Assembly (NCBI GenBank): GCA_041664365.1
Contig: JBAYKW010000001.1
Location: forward strand, 71,168 to 135,167
Origin: Patescibacteria group bacterium
GTDB taxonomy: Bacteria > Patescibacteriota > Patescibacteriia > UM-FILTER-42-10
Length of the DNA: 64,000 nucleotides
Direction of reading: 5' to 3'
The notes under the pieces were generated by a model. The model was not told the origin of the DNA. It saw only the letters and a list, made by a program, of their open reading frames with translations, and made no database searches. The position numbers and the translations under genes were made by a program. Of this stretch, positions 21,403 through 30,917 are shown piece by piece (position 1 is the first letter of the stretch; each line of letters opens with the position of its first letter).

Positions 21403-22332
21403 TTAAATCCAGCGCCTCCTCTTAAAGTAGATTGCCACTGTTCCCATTACGACGATGTTGATTGCAACCATTATCCAGAATCCATATGGATTCTGCGCAA
21501 AAGGAATGTTTTTCATATTCATACCGAAAAAACCGGCGATAATACCAACAGGAAAAATAGTCAAAGATATTACAGTGAGAGTCTTCATAATGTCATTTAT
21601 TCTGTGAGAAATCAGGGATTCATTTGTATCCTGGAGTGTCTCCACCGCTTCTTTATATCCGCTTAAGGCGTCCCAGAATTCTTTCGTGTGATCGATTAGA
21701 TTACTGTAATGCATGTCGTCGTTTTTTGTTATGGCATAGCTATCATTTGCCTGTAGCCATGTTGTCAATTTCTGCAGAGTGTTTTTATGAACCTGCATTA
21801 TTTTCCTGAAATCAGTGATACTCCTACGAATAATCAGTATCTCCTCCACCATCTTTTTTTCATTTCCGGAAAATATCTCCTTTTCACTGATATCTATTTC
21901 AAGGCTCATATGATCAAGCATGGGATAAACTGAAAGCAATAGTTTCTCCAATATGAAATAAAGCAGCATTTCCACTGACTGGTCAAAGTGCTTTTTCCGG
22001 ATTTCTTGGTTATTTTGACACATCCTGAACGAATCGACTAAGGGTGGGAGATCATTATTGTGGATGGTAACGATATAGTCATTACTGATAAAAAAGTGCA
22101 CTTCCGATGGTCGTACTTGGCGTGTTTTTTTATCGTATAAAGGAAAAAGAAGTACCATGAAGTAGTACTTCCCATAATCGTCTATTTTAGATCTGTGAGT
22201 TGGAGTTATGCAATCTTCCAGTGCAAGGGGATGGAAATCGAATTCATTCCGCAGGTATTCAATCTCTTCCTGAGCAGGATTCACAATATTTATCCAGCGC
22301 AGTTTTTGTGTTTTTATTTCGTGGACATTCAT
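21403..22332 (-). CDS. corA: Magnesium transporter CorA family
   Basis: FHPLALED, N.IMK.LT, GFFGMN signature, two C-terminal TM helices. Confidence 0.93.
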   Translation of the reverse strand: MNVHEIKTQKLRWINIVNPAQEEIEYLRNEFDFHPLALEDCITPTHRSKIDDYGKYYFMVLLFPLYDKKTRQVRPSEVHFFISNDYIVTIHNNDLPPLVDSFRMCQNNQEIRKKHFDQSVEMLLYFILEKLLLSVYPMLDHMSLEIDISEKEIFSGNEKKMVEEILIIRRSITDFRKIMQVHKNTLQKLTTWLQANDSYAITKNDDMHYSNLIDHTKEFWDALSGYKEAVETLQDTNESLISHRINDIMKTLTVISLTIFPVGIIAGFFGMNMKNIPFAQNPYGFWIMVAINIVVMGTVAIYFKRRRWI

Positions 22333-22445
22333 CCTGTTATAAATTTAATTTTTGTTTTAATCTGATTATATTGTAGCACACTTTTCTAATTTTGGCAAGA
22401 TAAAAAAAGGATGAAACCAGTGGGTCCATCCGAGCAATGCTGGTG

Positions 22446-22601
22446 CTATAATGTGCTGTTGTTGGATATATTGGATGCCTCGCGAAGGAATTCATCCTGT
22501 TCTGTCGGCGTCATGCCCTTGAAGTTCTGCCAGATGATTCGGGTGACAATGCCGACTAGAAACAATACTACGATAATCGCTCCAACTGTTAAGATGTTCA
22601 T
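22446..22601 (-). CDS. Small single-TM protein, 51 aa (not in ORF track)
   Basis: MNILTVGAIIVVLFLVGIVTRIIWQNFKGMTPTEQDEFLREASNISNNSTL; GAGGAGG SD 5 nt upstream; hairpin plus T7 terminator at ~22402-22431. Confidence 0.6.
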   Translation of the reverse strand: MNILTVGAIIVVLFLVGIVTRIIWQNFKGMTPTEQDEFLREASNISNNSTL

Positions 22602-22794
22602 CACAACCTCCTCTTAAGTCCGGAGGATAGAACACTATTCTAATGCTGATTCATCTTTTGTATTTTGTCAAACTGAGATACAAAAAAACTGACATATATT
22701 TAGGTCAGAGTTATTAAGGGATTGGGTGGAGGGAGTTCGTAACGGCGTGTTGCAAACTCCCTCCTCGAAAAAATAGATTGTGCGAAGGTGCGAA

Positions 22795-23373
22795 TTACCG
22801 GATTATGTACCAGGGATCGAATTCTAGCAGGCCATAGACGGTCTGCTTAGAGTCCTCGATCAACGGCCCCCTGTAATGCGGGCCGTACGTCTGCCCCCAA
22901 GTTACCTCCACGGTAACCAGGTGCATACCCGGTGCGAGGTTAGTGAACCGCGCGTTGTCCAGGCCGACTAACCATGGGTTGTCGGTCCGTATCCGGAAGT
23001 AGAAGTAGCCGTCGCGACCCTGCTCGGCAACGATGGGGCCGAAATCGTCGACCCAGACCTCGACGAGCATCACCTTGGAAAGAAACTCGTCGTGCTTCCC
23101 GACCTGAACCCTCATCAAGCTCTCGGTGTACCGCAGCTTGAAAGGTTTCTTCGGCTTTTCCGGCTTGGAGTAGCCGATCTCGCTGAACATCACGTGCCCG
23201 TTCTCGTCGGTGTAGCGCAACGCCATCAACTTGAGCTCCTTGGAGCCGAAGTTGGTTTCAGTGTGGATGTTGTACACGCCTTCGAAGTTTCTCCACATAT
23301 GAGTGGAACAACCCGAGAGCGCGAACGTGGCCGCAAGGACCACCAGAGTGGAAATGAACGTGCGCTTCTTCAT
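22795..23373 (-). CDS. GC-rich orphan lipoprotein
   Basis: Likely start MKKRTFISTLVVLAATFALSG-C (lipobox); AAGGAG SD; promoter TTGACA-17-TATACT at 23530-23502; terminators at ~22682-22708 and ~22728-22764. Confidence 0.7.
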   Translation of the reverse strand: MKKRTFISTLVVLAATFALSGCSTHMWRNFEGVYNIHTETNFGSKELKLMALRYTDENGHVMFSEIGYSKPEKPKKPFKLRYTESLMRVQVGKHDEFLSKVMLVEVWVDDFGPIVAEQGRDGYFYFRIRTDNPWLVGLDNARFTNLAPGMHLVTVEVTWGQTYGPHYRGPLIEDSKQTVYGLLEFDPWYIIR

Positions 23374-23530
23374 GGCGCTCTCCTTTGGGTTGATCATCCG
23401 CTTTCGGATGATGTGTGATCGCCGAATCTCGAGAATCCTGAGAGTCTGGATATCCGCTTTCGGATGATTGAGTTGCTGATTCACCCATTGTGAAACATTA
23501 GAGTATATACCTAAAATTGGTTTTTGTCAA

Positions 23531-23558
23531 GGCCATTAGAGAAAATCCTCTAACGGGA
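23531..23558. mobile_element. Short degenerate copy of the CCCGTTAGA/TCTAACGGGA element
   Basis: TCAA-[GGCCATTAGA..TCTAACGGGA]-TCAA. Confidence 0.5.
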
Positions 23559-23648
23559 TCAAGCCAGAATGGATGAATTGTTGCAAAAATAGCTAAAATG
23601 TGATATACTATATTCATTATTATTAAGAAATATTATTAATCAAATTAT

Positions 23649-24134
23649 ATGCCGGAACCGTTTGAGAAACCGATTACACCTGAAACTGCCCCTCAACAGA
23701 TGCCAGACAAAGATAGGCAGGAGGGTGGTGCTGAGGTTGAGAAGGAGTTAGAAAAACTGGAAAGTGAAATAAATAGGCAGGAAAAATCAATTCACTCAGT
23801 TACCGCGTCACTGCCGATTAAGCAGATGACTCCGACAAAACCGCAGGTTGTAAAATCGGCCACACGAAAACAAATTGAAGGAATTTTATCAGAGGATCTT
23901 AAGGAATTGTTTCAGGGGATGGATGCAGCACACAAAGCAGAATTTAAAAGGCAAGCCTCGGAAACAGCTTCCGCACTGGAAATATTAATAGCTTCGGCAA
24001 AAGCTACGGCCAGGAAAGTAGTAAAACTGATCAGCACCTGGTTGAAGCTGATACCCGGTATTAATGAATTTTTTCTGGAGCAGGAGGCAAAAATAAAAAC
24101 GGATAAGTTAATGGAGCTGGTTAAGAAAAAATAG
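23649..24134 (+). CDS. Hypothetical protein upstream of the VirB4-like ATPase
   Basis: 161 aa; C-terminal WLKLIPGINEFFLEQEAKIKTD; 3 nt from the next gene. Confidence 0.75.
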   Translation: MPEPFEKPITPETAPQQMPDKDRQEGGAEVEKELEKLESEINRQEKSIHSVTASLPIKQMTPTKPQVVKSATRKQIEGILSEDLKELFQGMDAAHKAEFKRQASETASALEILIASAKATARKVVKLISTWLKLIPGINEFFLEQEAKIKTDKLMELVKKK

Positions 24135-24137
24135 GAT

Positions 24138-26918
24138 ATGGATTTTGATATTCAGACAATTTTTTCCAATCCAATAATACTTGGCGCGATCATATTTATA
24201 TCCGCCATCTTTATTATTGTTATTCTGCTCAAGATTGTCCGATTATGGTTGAAGAGAGGTCATTATCTCCCCGCAGGATTCCACAATGACACGTTACTGG
24301 TAATGGTTCCTAAAGAATTTGCCAGGGAAGATGATGAACGAAGAACAATTCCGGAATTAATTCTGCAGTTGGAACCGCTCTATACCAACCTTGGCGGATT
24401 GAAACCGCAACGTGGTTTGAATGCTTTTCTGTTCGGTCGGCATGACAATATTGCTTTTGAAATAATAAAAGATAAAGAGGAACGCATATCGTTTTACGTA
24501 ACTGTGCCACACTATTTAAAAAATTTCACAGAACAGCAAATCCATTCGGCATATCCTTCGGCAACTGTTGAAAAAGTGGAGGATTATAATATATTCATGG
24601 CACAGGGTGAAACTGTTGGCGCGTATTTGGTTCTGAAAAAACCATATATTTTCCCGATTAATACTTACAAAAAATTAGAAGTAGACCCGCTAAACGCAAT
24701 TACAAATTCATTATCAAAGTTGAACGAAGGAGAAGGAGCAGCGATACAAATATTGGCGCGCTCAGCTAATGCAGCCTGGCATGCCTGGCCGGCGAAGGTT
24801 GCATCGGAAATGCAACAGGGAAAAAAGCTGAAGGAAGCAATGAATTCATCGGCAGGCAGTTCCAAAGGTTTTGTCGGCAGTATTTTTAAATCAATATTTA
24901 CATCTTCAAAAGCTAAGGAAGATGATTTGCTTGATAAACCAAAACCGCATCAACTATCTCCAATGGACGAGGAAATAATTAAATCACTGGGGGAAAAGAC
25001 CTCCAAAGCCGGTTTTGACGTAAATATCAGGATTGCGGTTTCCTGTAAAGAAAAAGAGAACGCGGAAAGGCAATTAAGAAATATTGTGAATTCATTTTCT
25101 CAGTTTTCCGGATACGAGTATGGAAACGGATTTTCAACTATTTTGGTAGGTGGCAAACGTCGCATTTTTCATGATTTATTTTTCCGTAATTTTAACGAAC
25201 GCAGGTCGGTTCTGCTCACCAAAAACAGGTTCTTCCAGGATTTCATATTCCGTAATTTCAGCGATCGGAATTCTTATGTACTGAATACTGAGGAAATGAA
25301 CAGCATCTATCATTTTCCAATCAAGCTGTCGGAGACACCAAATATCCGCTGGCTCATGGCCAAAAAAGCGGCTCCGCCAAGTAATCTGCCAGATGAAGGA
25401 ATTATTTTGGGTGAGACTGATTATCGCGGACAAAAATCATTGATCCGAATAAAAGACCAGGATCGGCAAAGACATGTCTACATCATAGGACAAACCGGAT
25501 CGGGTAAGTCATATACCATGGCCAATATGGCGGTCCAGGATATCCAAAGAGGAGAGGGCTGTTGTTTGATTGACCCGCACGGCGGATTGATCGATGAATA
25601 CGTATTGCCGAACATACCGAAAGAGCGCGCGGAGGACGTGATTTATTTTGATCCATCAGATATGGAGAGGCCGATGGGTCTGAATCTTTTGGAATACGAT
25701 AAAAAATACCCTGAACAGAAGACTTTTGTAATCAATGAAATGATCAATATCTTTGATAAGCTGTACAACCTTTCCCAGACTGGCGGTCCGATGTTTGAAC
25801 AGTATATGCGTAATGCAATGCTCCTGGTGATGGATGATCCGAACGATACGGCTACACTCCTCGAAATTCCAAAAGTAATGGCGGATAAACAGTACCGCAC
25901 GGAAAAACTTGCCAAGGCGACTAACATTGTTGTTAAAAGATTTTGGGAGGAAGAAGCGGAAAAAGCCGGCGGTGAAGCGTCGCTTGCCAATATGGTTCCC
26001 TACATCACCAGTAAATTGAGCACTTTCATTTCAAACGACTATATGCGTCCGATTATCGCTCAGAAAGAAAGCGGATTCAATTTTCGGAAAGTAATGGATG
26101 AGCGAAAAATATTGCTGATCAATCTTTCTAAAGGAAGAATCGGCGATCTGAACGCGAAGCTACTGGGTTTGGTGATGGTGGGAAAAATACTGATGGCATC
26201 ATTAAGCCGTGTTGATATTCCGGAAGAGGAAAGAAAACCGTTTTACCTGTATATTGATGAGTTTCAAAATTATGTTACGGACAGTATTGCTGTCATATTA
26301 TCAGAAGCCAGAAAATACAAATTGTGTCTGACTATGGCTCACCAATATTTAGGACAATTAGTAGAAAATAACGACACTACAATCAAGGATGCGGTATTTG
26401 GAAACGTCGGCACGATTGCCGCATACCGGGTGGGTGTGGAGGATGCGGAACTCTTTGCCAAGCAGTTTGAGCCGGTATTTAACGAATATGATGTAATGAA
26501 TGTAGATAAATATGGGTTTAATCTTAAGCTATTAATCGACAATACACATGCCCGACCTTTTAATGTTAAAGGAAGAACCCTGCCTAAAGGCAATCCGCAA
26601 ATGGTGCAGGCCATCAAAGAGCTATCCAGGCTGAAATACGGAAAGGACCGCAATATTATTGAATCGGAAATTGCACTGCGCACGGCAATTAAAAAACCTC
26701 TGCCTCTAAATCCTGCTTTCTCCAGACGCGCATCAATCAGCGCTTTCCCAGTAAAACCGCTGGCAACTGACCCAGTGTCCGGAAACAAACAACCAGAGGC
26801 TACGGTTCAAACTGCACCTCTGCAGAATCCAATACAGAATACTGTTGTGTCCAATCCTGTTTCAAAACCGCCATCATCTGTGCCGTCTCCTGATATAAAT
26901 ACAAACATTAAGCCATAG
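24138..26918 (+). CDS. VirB4/TraG/HerA-like P-loop ATPase (type IV secretion-associated, CPR type)
   Basis: N-terminal TM helix, HVYIIGQTGSGKS Walker A, IDPHG, LYIDEFQN Walker B, SEARKY, AHQY. Confidence 0.88.
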   Translation: MDFDIQTIFSNPIILGAIIFISAIFIIVILLKIVRLWLKRGHYLPAGFHNDTLLVMVPKEFAREDDERRTIPELILQLEPLYTNLGGLKPQRGLNAFLFGRHDNIAFEIIKDKEERISFYVTVPHYLKNFTEQQIHSAYPSATVEKVEDYNIFMAQGETVGAYLVLKKPYIFPINTYKKLEVDPLNAITNSLSKLNEGEGAAIQILARSANAAWHAWPAKVASEMQQGKKLKEAMNSSAGSSKGFVGSIFKSIFTSSKAKEDDLLDKPKPHQLSPMDEEIIKSLGEKTSKAGFDVNIRIAVSCKEKENAERQLRNIVNSFSQFSGYEYGNGFSTILVGGKRRIFHDLFFRNFNERRSVLLTKNRFFQDFIFRNFSDRNSYVLNTEEMNSIYHFPIKLSETPNIRWLMAKKAAPPSNLPDEGIILGETDYRGQKSLIRIKDQDRQRHVYIIGQTGSGKSYTMANMAVQDIQRGEGCCLIDPHGGLIDEYVLPNIPKERAEDVIYFDPSDMERPMGLNLLEYDKKYPEQKTFVINEMINIFDKLYNLSQTGGPMFEQYMRNAMLLVMDDPNDTATLLEIPKVMADKQYRTEKLAKATNIVVKRFWEEEAEKAGGEASLANMVPYITSKLSTFISNDYMRPIIAQKESGFNFRKVMDERKILLINLSKGRIGDLNAKLLGLVMVGKILMASLSRVDIPEEERKPFYLYIDEFQNYVTDSIAVILSEARKYKLCLTMAHQYLGQLVENNDTTIKDAVFGNVGTIAAYRVGVEDAELFAKQFEPVFNEYDVMNVDKYGFNLKLLIDNTHARPFNVKGRTLPKGNPQMVQAIKELSRLKYGKDRNIIESEIALRTAIKKPLPLNPAFSRRASISAFPVKPLATDPVSGNKQPEATVQTAPLQNPIQNTVVSNPVSKPPSSVPSPDINTNIKP

Positions 26919-26951
26919 TGTACTCAGTTTTGAATGCAAAAATAGAAATAT

Positions 26952-27500
26952 ATGTTTGATTCTTTTTTTTATTTTATCTTAATAATCGCAGTACTGTTAC
27001 TATTTGGGACAATGGCGTATGCCGGTTATCGGGGTGCTCCCTGGGTACCGACAAAAAAGAAAGATTTAAATCGCCTGATCGAACTTTCGGGAATAAAAGA
27101 CGGTGATATAGTTTTTGAATTGGGTTCCGGTGACGGGCGCATTCTTTTTGAAATTGCAAAGCGTTTCAAGGTGTCCGCAATCGGAGTGGAAATCTCATTA
27201 CCGCCGTATTTGGTTTCGAAAATCAAGGCCTGGCTAATGAATAAAATATTTGTTCATAAAATGAGGGGTACTGTCAGTATAAAATATCGTGATCTGTTTC
27301 AACAAAGTCTTACTTCAGCTGATCTGGTTGTTTGTTTTCTCATGCCGAAATCAATAACTGAATTGGAAGAAAAATTTGCCAAGGAATTGAAAAAAGGCGC
27401 TAAAGTTATTTCGTACGTGTTTCCGCTGAAATCATATGAGCCAAGAGCAGTAAGTAAGCCGGAAAAATCAAGTATTGCTATATATTTATATCAGTTTTAG
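26952..27500 (+). CDS. Membrane-anchored class I SAM-dependent methyltransferase
   Basis: GAPWVPT, ELGSGDGR motif I, GVEIS. Confidence 0.88.
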   Translation: MFDSFFYFILIIAVLLLFGTMAYAGYRGAPWVPTKKKDLNRLIELSGIKDGDIVFELGSGDGRILFEIAKRFKVSAIGVEISLPPYLVSKIKAWLMNKIFVHKMRGTVSIKYRDLFQQSLTSADLVVCFLMPKSITELEEKFAKELKKGAKVISYVFPLKSYEPRAVSKPEKSSIAIYLYQF

Positions 27501-27678
27501 TATTTCGATTAATAGAATGTACGCGGGGATTCAACCCGTTTTTTTGCTGAATAAGTTGAATTGCACTTTACATTTGAAAACTCAATATGATACAATGTTA
27601 ATAACAAAAAACAAACATAAATTTACATAAAATAAAAAATAAATATAAAGAAGAATAAAAAGGGGAGGCAAAAATAAA

Positions 27679-28329
27679 ATGGTAGACGAAAATAAACTGG
27701 CACAAATAAAACAACTCATTGCTTCAGCGGAAGAAGCTATTCGTGTTGCTAAAGGCATGTTGGAAGGGGAATCGGAAGAATCGGATGCTGATTCAATTTC
27801 AAACGAAATCAGTCATTTACAAAAAGCCCGTTCGGTCGGTTCTGTGGACCACAACGGACGTGTCGTTGAAGGAGTTTTTGACGGTTTGAATATGGTTGGG
27901 CCGGATGGAAAGCAGTATAATGTGCCGGCGAACTATGCTTCCAAATCAAAACTGGTTGAGGGTGATGTATTAAAACTGACCATTTCTAATGATGGTTCTT
28001 TTGTTTTTAAGCAGATTGGCCCAGTTGAGAGAAAAAGATTGATCGGTATGCTCACTCAAGAAGAGTCAACGGGCGAATATCAGGTTTTAGCAAACGGTAA
28101 AAACTATAAGGTTCTTTTGGCAAGTATTACGTATTTTAAAGGAGAAGTCGGGGATGAAGTAGTTATACTGGTTCCAACAAACAAGCAAACGGAATGGGCG
28201 GCCGTGGAAAATATTGTTAAAGGCGGTGAAAGCCAACTGATTATTGATAACGGCGTAAGTACGGTAGCAATTCATGATGAGGAAGTAATTCCTGAAAAGG
28301 AGAAGGTTATAGACGATTTAGAAATATAG
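27679..28329 (+). CDS. Conserved-looking hypothetical protein (CPR-type)
   Basis: EGVFDG..M.GPDGKQY.VPANYASKSKLVEGD; AGGGGAGG SD. Confidence 0.75.
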   Translation: MVDENKLAQIKQLIASAEEAIRVAKGMLEGESEESDADSISNEISHLQKARSVGSVDHNGRVVEGVFDGLNMVGPDGKQYNVPANYASKSKLVEGDVLKLTISNDGSFVFKQIGPVERKRLIGMLTQEESTGEYQVLANGKNYKVLLASITYFKGEVGDEVVILVPTNKQTEWAAVENIVKGGESQLIIDNGVSTVAIHDEEVIPEKEKVIDDLEI

Positions 28330-28494
28330 AAGTTGATAATTTCTTAATAGGAAGACTATACCGCTGGGCTGGCCAGTACATTTTCTTCGAAAATTCCCTG
28401 GCTGGTGCAGGGTCTTTTTTGTAATAGTTATGCAGATTGCAAATCTTTAAAATTCGCGCTAGTATAGTAGGTACCAAGAATAATGGATTGAATT

Positions 28495-30144
28495 ATGTCC
28501 CAAACAATATATCGAAAATATCGGCCGCAGTCTTTTAAAGATCTGGTTGATCAAAACCACATACGCATCACACTGATTAACGAATTAGAAAGCGGGAGAA
28601 TCGCGCATGCTTATTTATTTACCGGACCGCGCGGTGTGGGTAAAACAACGATCGCGAGGCTTTTCGCGAAATCCCTGAACTGTAAAAAACGCAAAAAAGA
28701 TTCTGCCGAACCGTGTAACGAATGCTCATCCTGCAAAGACATTATGAAAGGACGGCTACTTGATCTGATTGAAATTGACGCCGCATCTCATACCGGCGTA
28801 GATAATGTCAGACAAAATATAATTGACAATGCCCGCGTTGCAACTGTCTCAAGCACTTACAAAGTATTCATCATAGATGAAGTACACATGCTTTCAATTT
28901 CAGCATTTAATGCTCTATTGAAGACATTGGAGGAACCGCCGGAAAATGTTGTGTTTATCCTAGCGACGACGGAGGTACACAAAGTGCCACAAACCATTAT
29001 TTCCCGTTGTCAGCGTTTTGATTTTCAGAAGGTTGGTGTAAAAGATCTGGTTCTACGGTTGAACACTATTATTAGTCAGGAAAAAGTGCAGATTGATGAT
29101 GCGGTTTTGAAGGCGATTGCCCTGGCATCTGACGGTAGCGTGCGTGATGCGGAAAGTATGCTGGGACAGGTACTGTCACTTGGTGAAAAGAAAATTACCA
29201 TGGACCACATTGATCTGATCGTTCCTCATTCAGACGATACTTTGGTAATCCAATTTTTGAGTTTGGTTGCGATGGGCAACACGCCTGCATCAATAGAACT
29301 GGTAAACAGACTGGTAGATGAAGGCGGTAATGTCAGGAATTTTGTTAAAAATATAATAGAGGTTCTGCGGAGAATTATGTTACTGAATATTTCCAGTTCG
29401 CTGGAGAAATTTGTTGTGTATGAAATGGATGATGAACTCCAGAAAGAAATGACAAATATATCAAATCGTTATGATTCTAAAGAATTGATCCGATGGATTA
29501 ATATTTTCCTAGAAGTTGAACCCATGATTAAAACACAGACTGATATTATACAGCTGCCACTTGAAATAGCTGTTCTTGAGATTATTGAAGGAGATAAAGA
29601 TATATCATTACCGGGTGAAAAAAATCGACCGTCATTTACACCTAGTTTTCAATCTCCGGTTAAAAAGAGTAAAGCCGAAATAAAACCATTACCAACGGTA
29701 CAAAGGATTGTTAAAGAAGAAATTGAACCGATATTTGCTGAAAAGAAGAAGGATGCGAAAACAGATGAAATAAAAAAAGAGGTGCCGATTATTAAACTGT
29801 CAGAAATTGAGAAAAAGTGGAGAACGTTTTTAAAAAAATTAAAAGCGCATAATCATTCTCTGTCGCTTACTTTAAGTGTAGGGGAAGTTGTAGAAATCAG
29901 CGGTAAAATCATTACCATCGCTTTTGGTTTTCAATTCTATATGGACCGGGTGTGGGAGGCAAAAAATAAGCAGATTATTGAAAATGTACTGGATGAGGTT
30001 TATGAAACCCCACTTACTTTCACTTGTGTAATTGATAATGCTCTGAGGGATAAAAAGATACCGGAACACAATAAAAGTGAAGAAGAAAGCAGTGAATTGA
30101 AGGATGCGCTTGACACCTTCGGTGGTAAAGTGGTAGAAGGTTAA
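28495..30144 (+). CDS. dnaX: DNA polymerase III subunit gamma/tau
   Basis: YRKYRPQ, GPRGVGKTT, zinc-binding Cys cluster, IIDEVHML, SRCQRF. Confidence 0.97.
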   Translation: MSQTIYRKYRPQSFKDLVDQNHIRITLINELESGRIAHAYLFTGPRGVGKTTIARLFAKSLNCKKRKKDSAEPCNECSSCKDIMKGRLLDLIEIDAASHTGVDNVRQNIIDNARVATVSSTYKVFIIDEVHMLSISAFNALLKTLEEPPENVVFILATTEVHKVPQTIISRCQRFDFQKVGVKDLVLRLNTIISQEKVQIDDAVLKAIALASDGSVRDAESMLGQVLSLGEKKITMDHIDLIVPHSDDTLVIQFLSLVAMGNTPASIELVNRLVDEGGNVRNFVKNIIEVLRRIMLLNISSSLEKFVVYEMDDELQKEMTNISNRYDSKELIRWINIFLEVEPMIKTQTDIIQLPLEIAVLEIIEGDKDISLPGEKNRPSFTPSFQSPVKKSKAEIKPLPTVQRIVKEEIEPIFAEKKKDAKTDEIKKEVPIIKLSEIEKKWRTFLKKLKAHNHSLSLTLSVGEVVEISGKIITIAFGFQFYMDRVWEAKNKQIIENVLDEVYETPLTFTCVIDNALRDKKIPEHNKSEEESSELKDALDTFGGKVVEG

Positions 30145-30199
30145 ATAAGAATATTACTGTCACGCGGTAATTGGGGGATTATTTTTTTGAAAAAATCAT

Positions 30200-30254
30200 T
30201 GGGGAGTAGCTCCGTTCATTCCACAAACGGAATGCACGGACGAGCAAGCGGTAA
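30200..30254 (+). pseudogene. 5' tRNA-Gln fragment interrupted by a 34-nt hairpin
   Basis: TGGGGAGTAGC + insert 30211-30244 + CAAGCGGTAA. Confidence 0.7.
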
Positions 30255-30286
30255 TTATTTACATACTTGCTTTAACAATACATCAT

Positions 30287-30376
30287 TGGGGAGTAGCCAA
30301 GTGGTAAGGCAACGGGTTCTGGTCCCGTCACCGGGGGTTCTGCGCCCGAGGCGCACTCGCCTCCGGCGAGGAATCC
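30287..30376 (+). pseudogene. Truncated tRNA-Gln copy with 30-nt double-hairpin insert in the T-loop
   Basis: First 54 nt match the intact tRNA at all but one position, then TGCGCCCGAGGCGCA-CTCGCCTCCGGCGAG, then GAATCC; no 3' acceptor strand. Confidence 0.8.
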
Positions 30377-30392
30377 TAAAATCTAAAACACA

Positions 30393-30662
30393 ATGTATTC
30401 AACCTATGTAATAAAAAGTATACATTTCCAAAGTAGGTACGTTGGCAGTACAGATAATGTTGAAAAAAGAGTAGAAGAACATAATAACGGCAAGTGTAGA
30501 TATACTAAGGGACGATCACCGTGGGTATTGATTTATAAAGAAGATTTTAATAGCAGATCTGAGGCAATGAAAAGAGAAAAGTTTTTGAAATCCGGTAAAG
30601 GTAGAAAATTGCTTGATGAAAAACTGAAAAAAATAGCAGATATCGAAAACAAAAATATTTAA
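30393..30662 (+). CDS. Small GIY-YIG nuclease (SLX1/UPF0213-like)
   Basis: YVIKS...YVGST..VEKRVEEHN.G...YTK...PW.L.Y.E....RSEAMKREKFLKSG. Confidence 0.92.
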   Translation: MYSTYVIKSIHFQSRYVGSTDNVEKRVEEHNNGKCRYTKGRSPWVLIYKEDFNSRSEAMKREKFLKSGKGRKLLDEKLKKIADIENKNI

Positions 30663-30666
30663 ACGA

Positions 30667-30740
30667 TGGGGAGTAGCCAAGCGGTAAGGCAACGGGTTCT
30701 GGTCCCGTCACCGGGGGTTCGAATCCCTCCTCCCCAGCCA
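30667..30740 (+). tRNA. tRNA-Gln (anticodon CTG)
   Basis: Full cloverleaf: TGGGGAG acceptor stem, anticodon arm ACGGG-TTCTGGT-CCCGT, GGTTCGAATCC T-arm, encoded CCA. Confidence 0.96.
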
Positions 30741-30795
30741 AAAGGATTTTAGAAAGAATCAACGTGAATAGAGCACGTTGTTTTTTTATTAGTGT

Positions 30796-30917
30796 GGATT
30801 CGAACGGGCAGAAGCGAAACAATCCGGAGCGAAGTGAAGGAGCAGTAGAGCGTCGACAAATGCGAGCCTGCGTAGCATTTGGCGCTGCCCAGGACGAGAA
30901 TCCCTCCTCCCCAACCA
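30796..30917 (+). repeat. Downstream tRNA 3'-end duplication with inverted T-arm and hairpin-rich spacer
   Basis: GGATTCGAAC (reverse complement of the T-arm) at 30796; GAATCCCTCCTCCCCAACCA at 30898-30917 matches the tRNA 3' end at 19/20. Confidence 0.75.

Noticed and set aside
22411-22617. Plus-strand 68-aa ORF in the track
   Set aside because: The minus-strand 51-aa ORF has an SD, a TM helix and a terminator, so it is the better call.
28350-28422. Structured spacer upstream of dnaX considered as SRP RNA (ffs)
   Set aside because: Lacks the CAGG-N3-GNRA-N3-AGCA helix-8 motif; more likely a terminator-type hairpin.
29770-29795. A7G run in dnaX as a programmed -1 frameshift site producing gamma
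   Set aside because: No obvious stimulatory hairpin or internal SD, and A7 runs are common in this AT-rich sequence.
30287-30740. Intron-containing or split tRNA with a homing endonuclease
   Set aside because: The downstream tRNA is already complete, the upstream copy has no matching 3' exon, and no group I/II intron core is visible.
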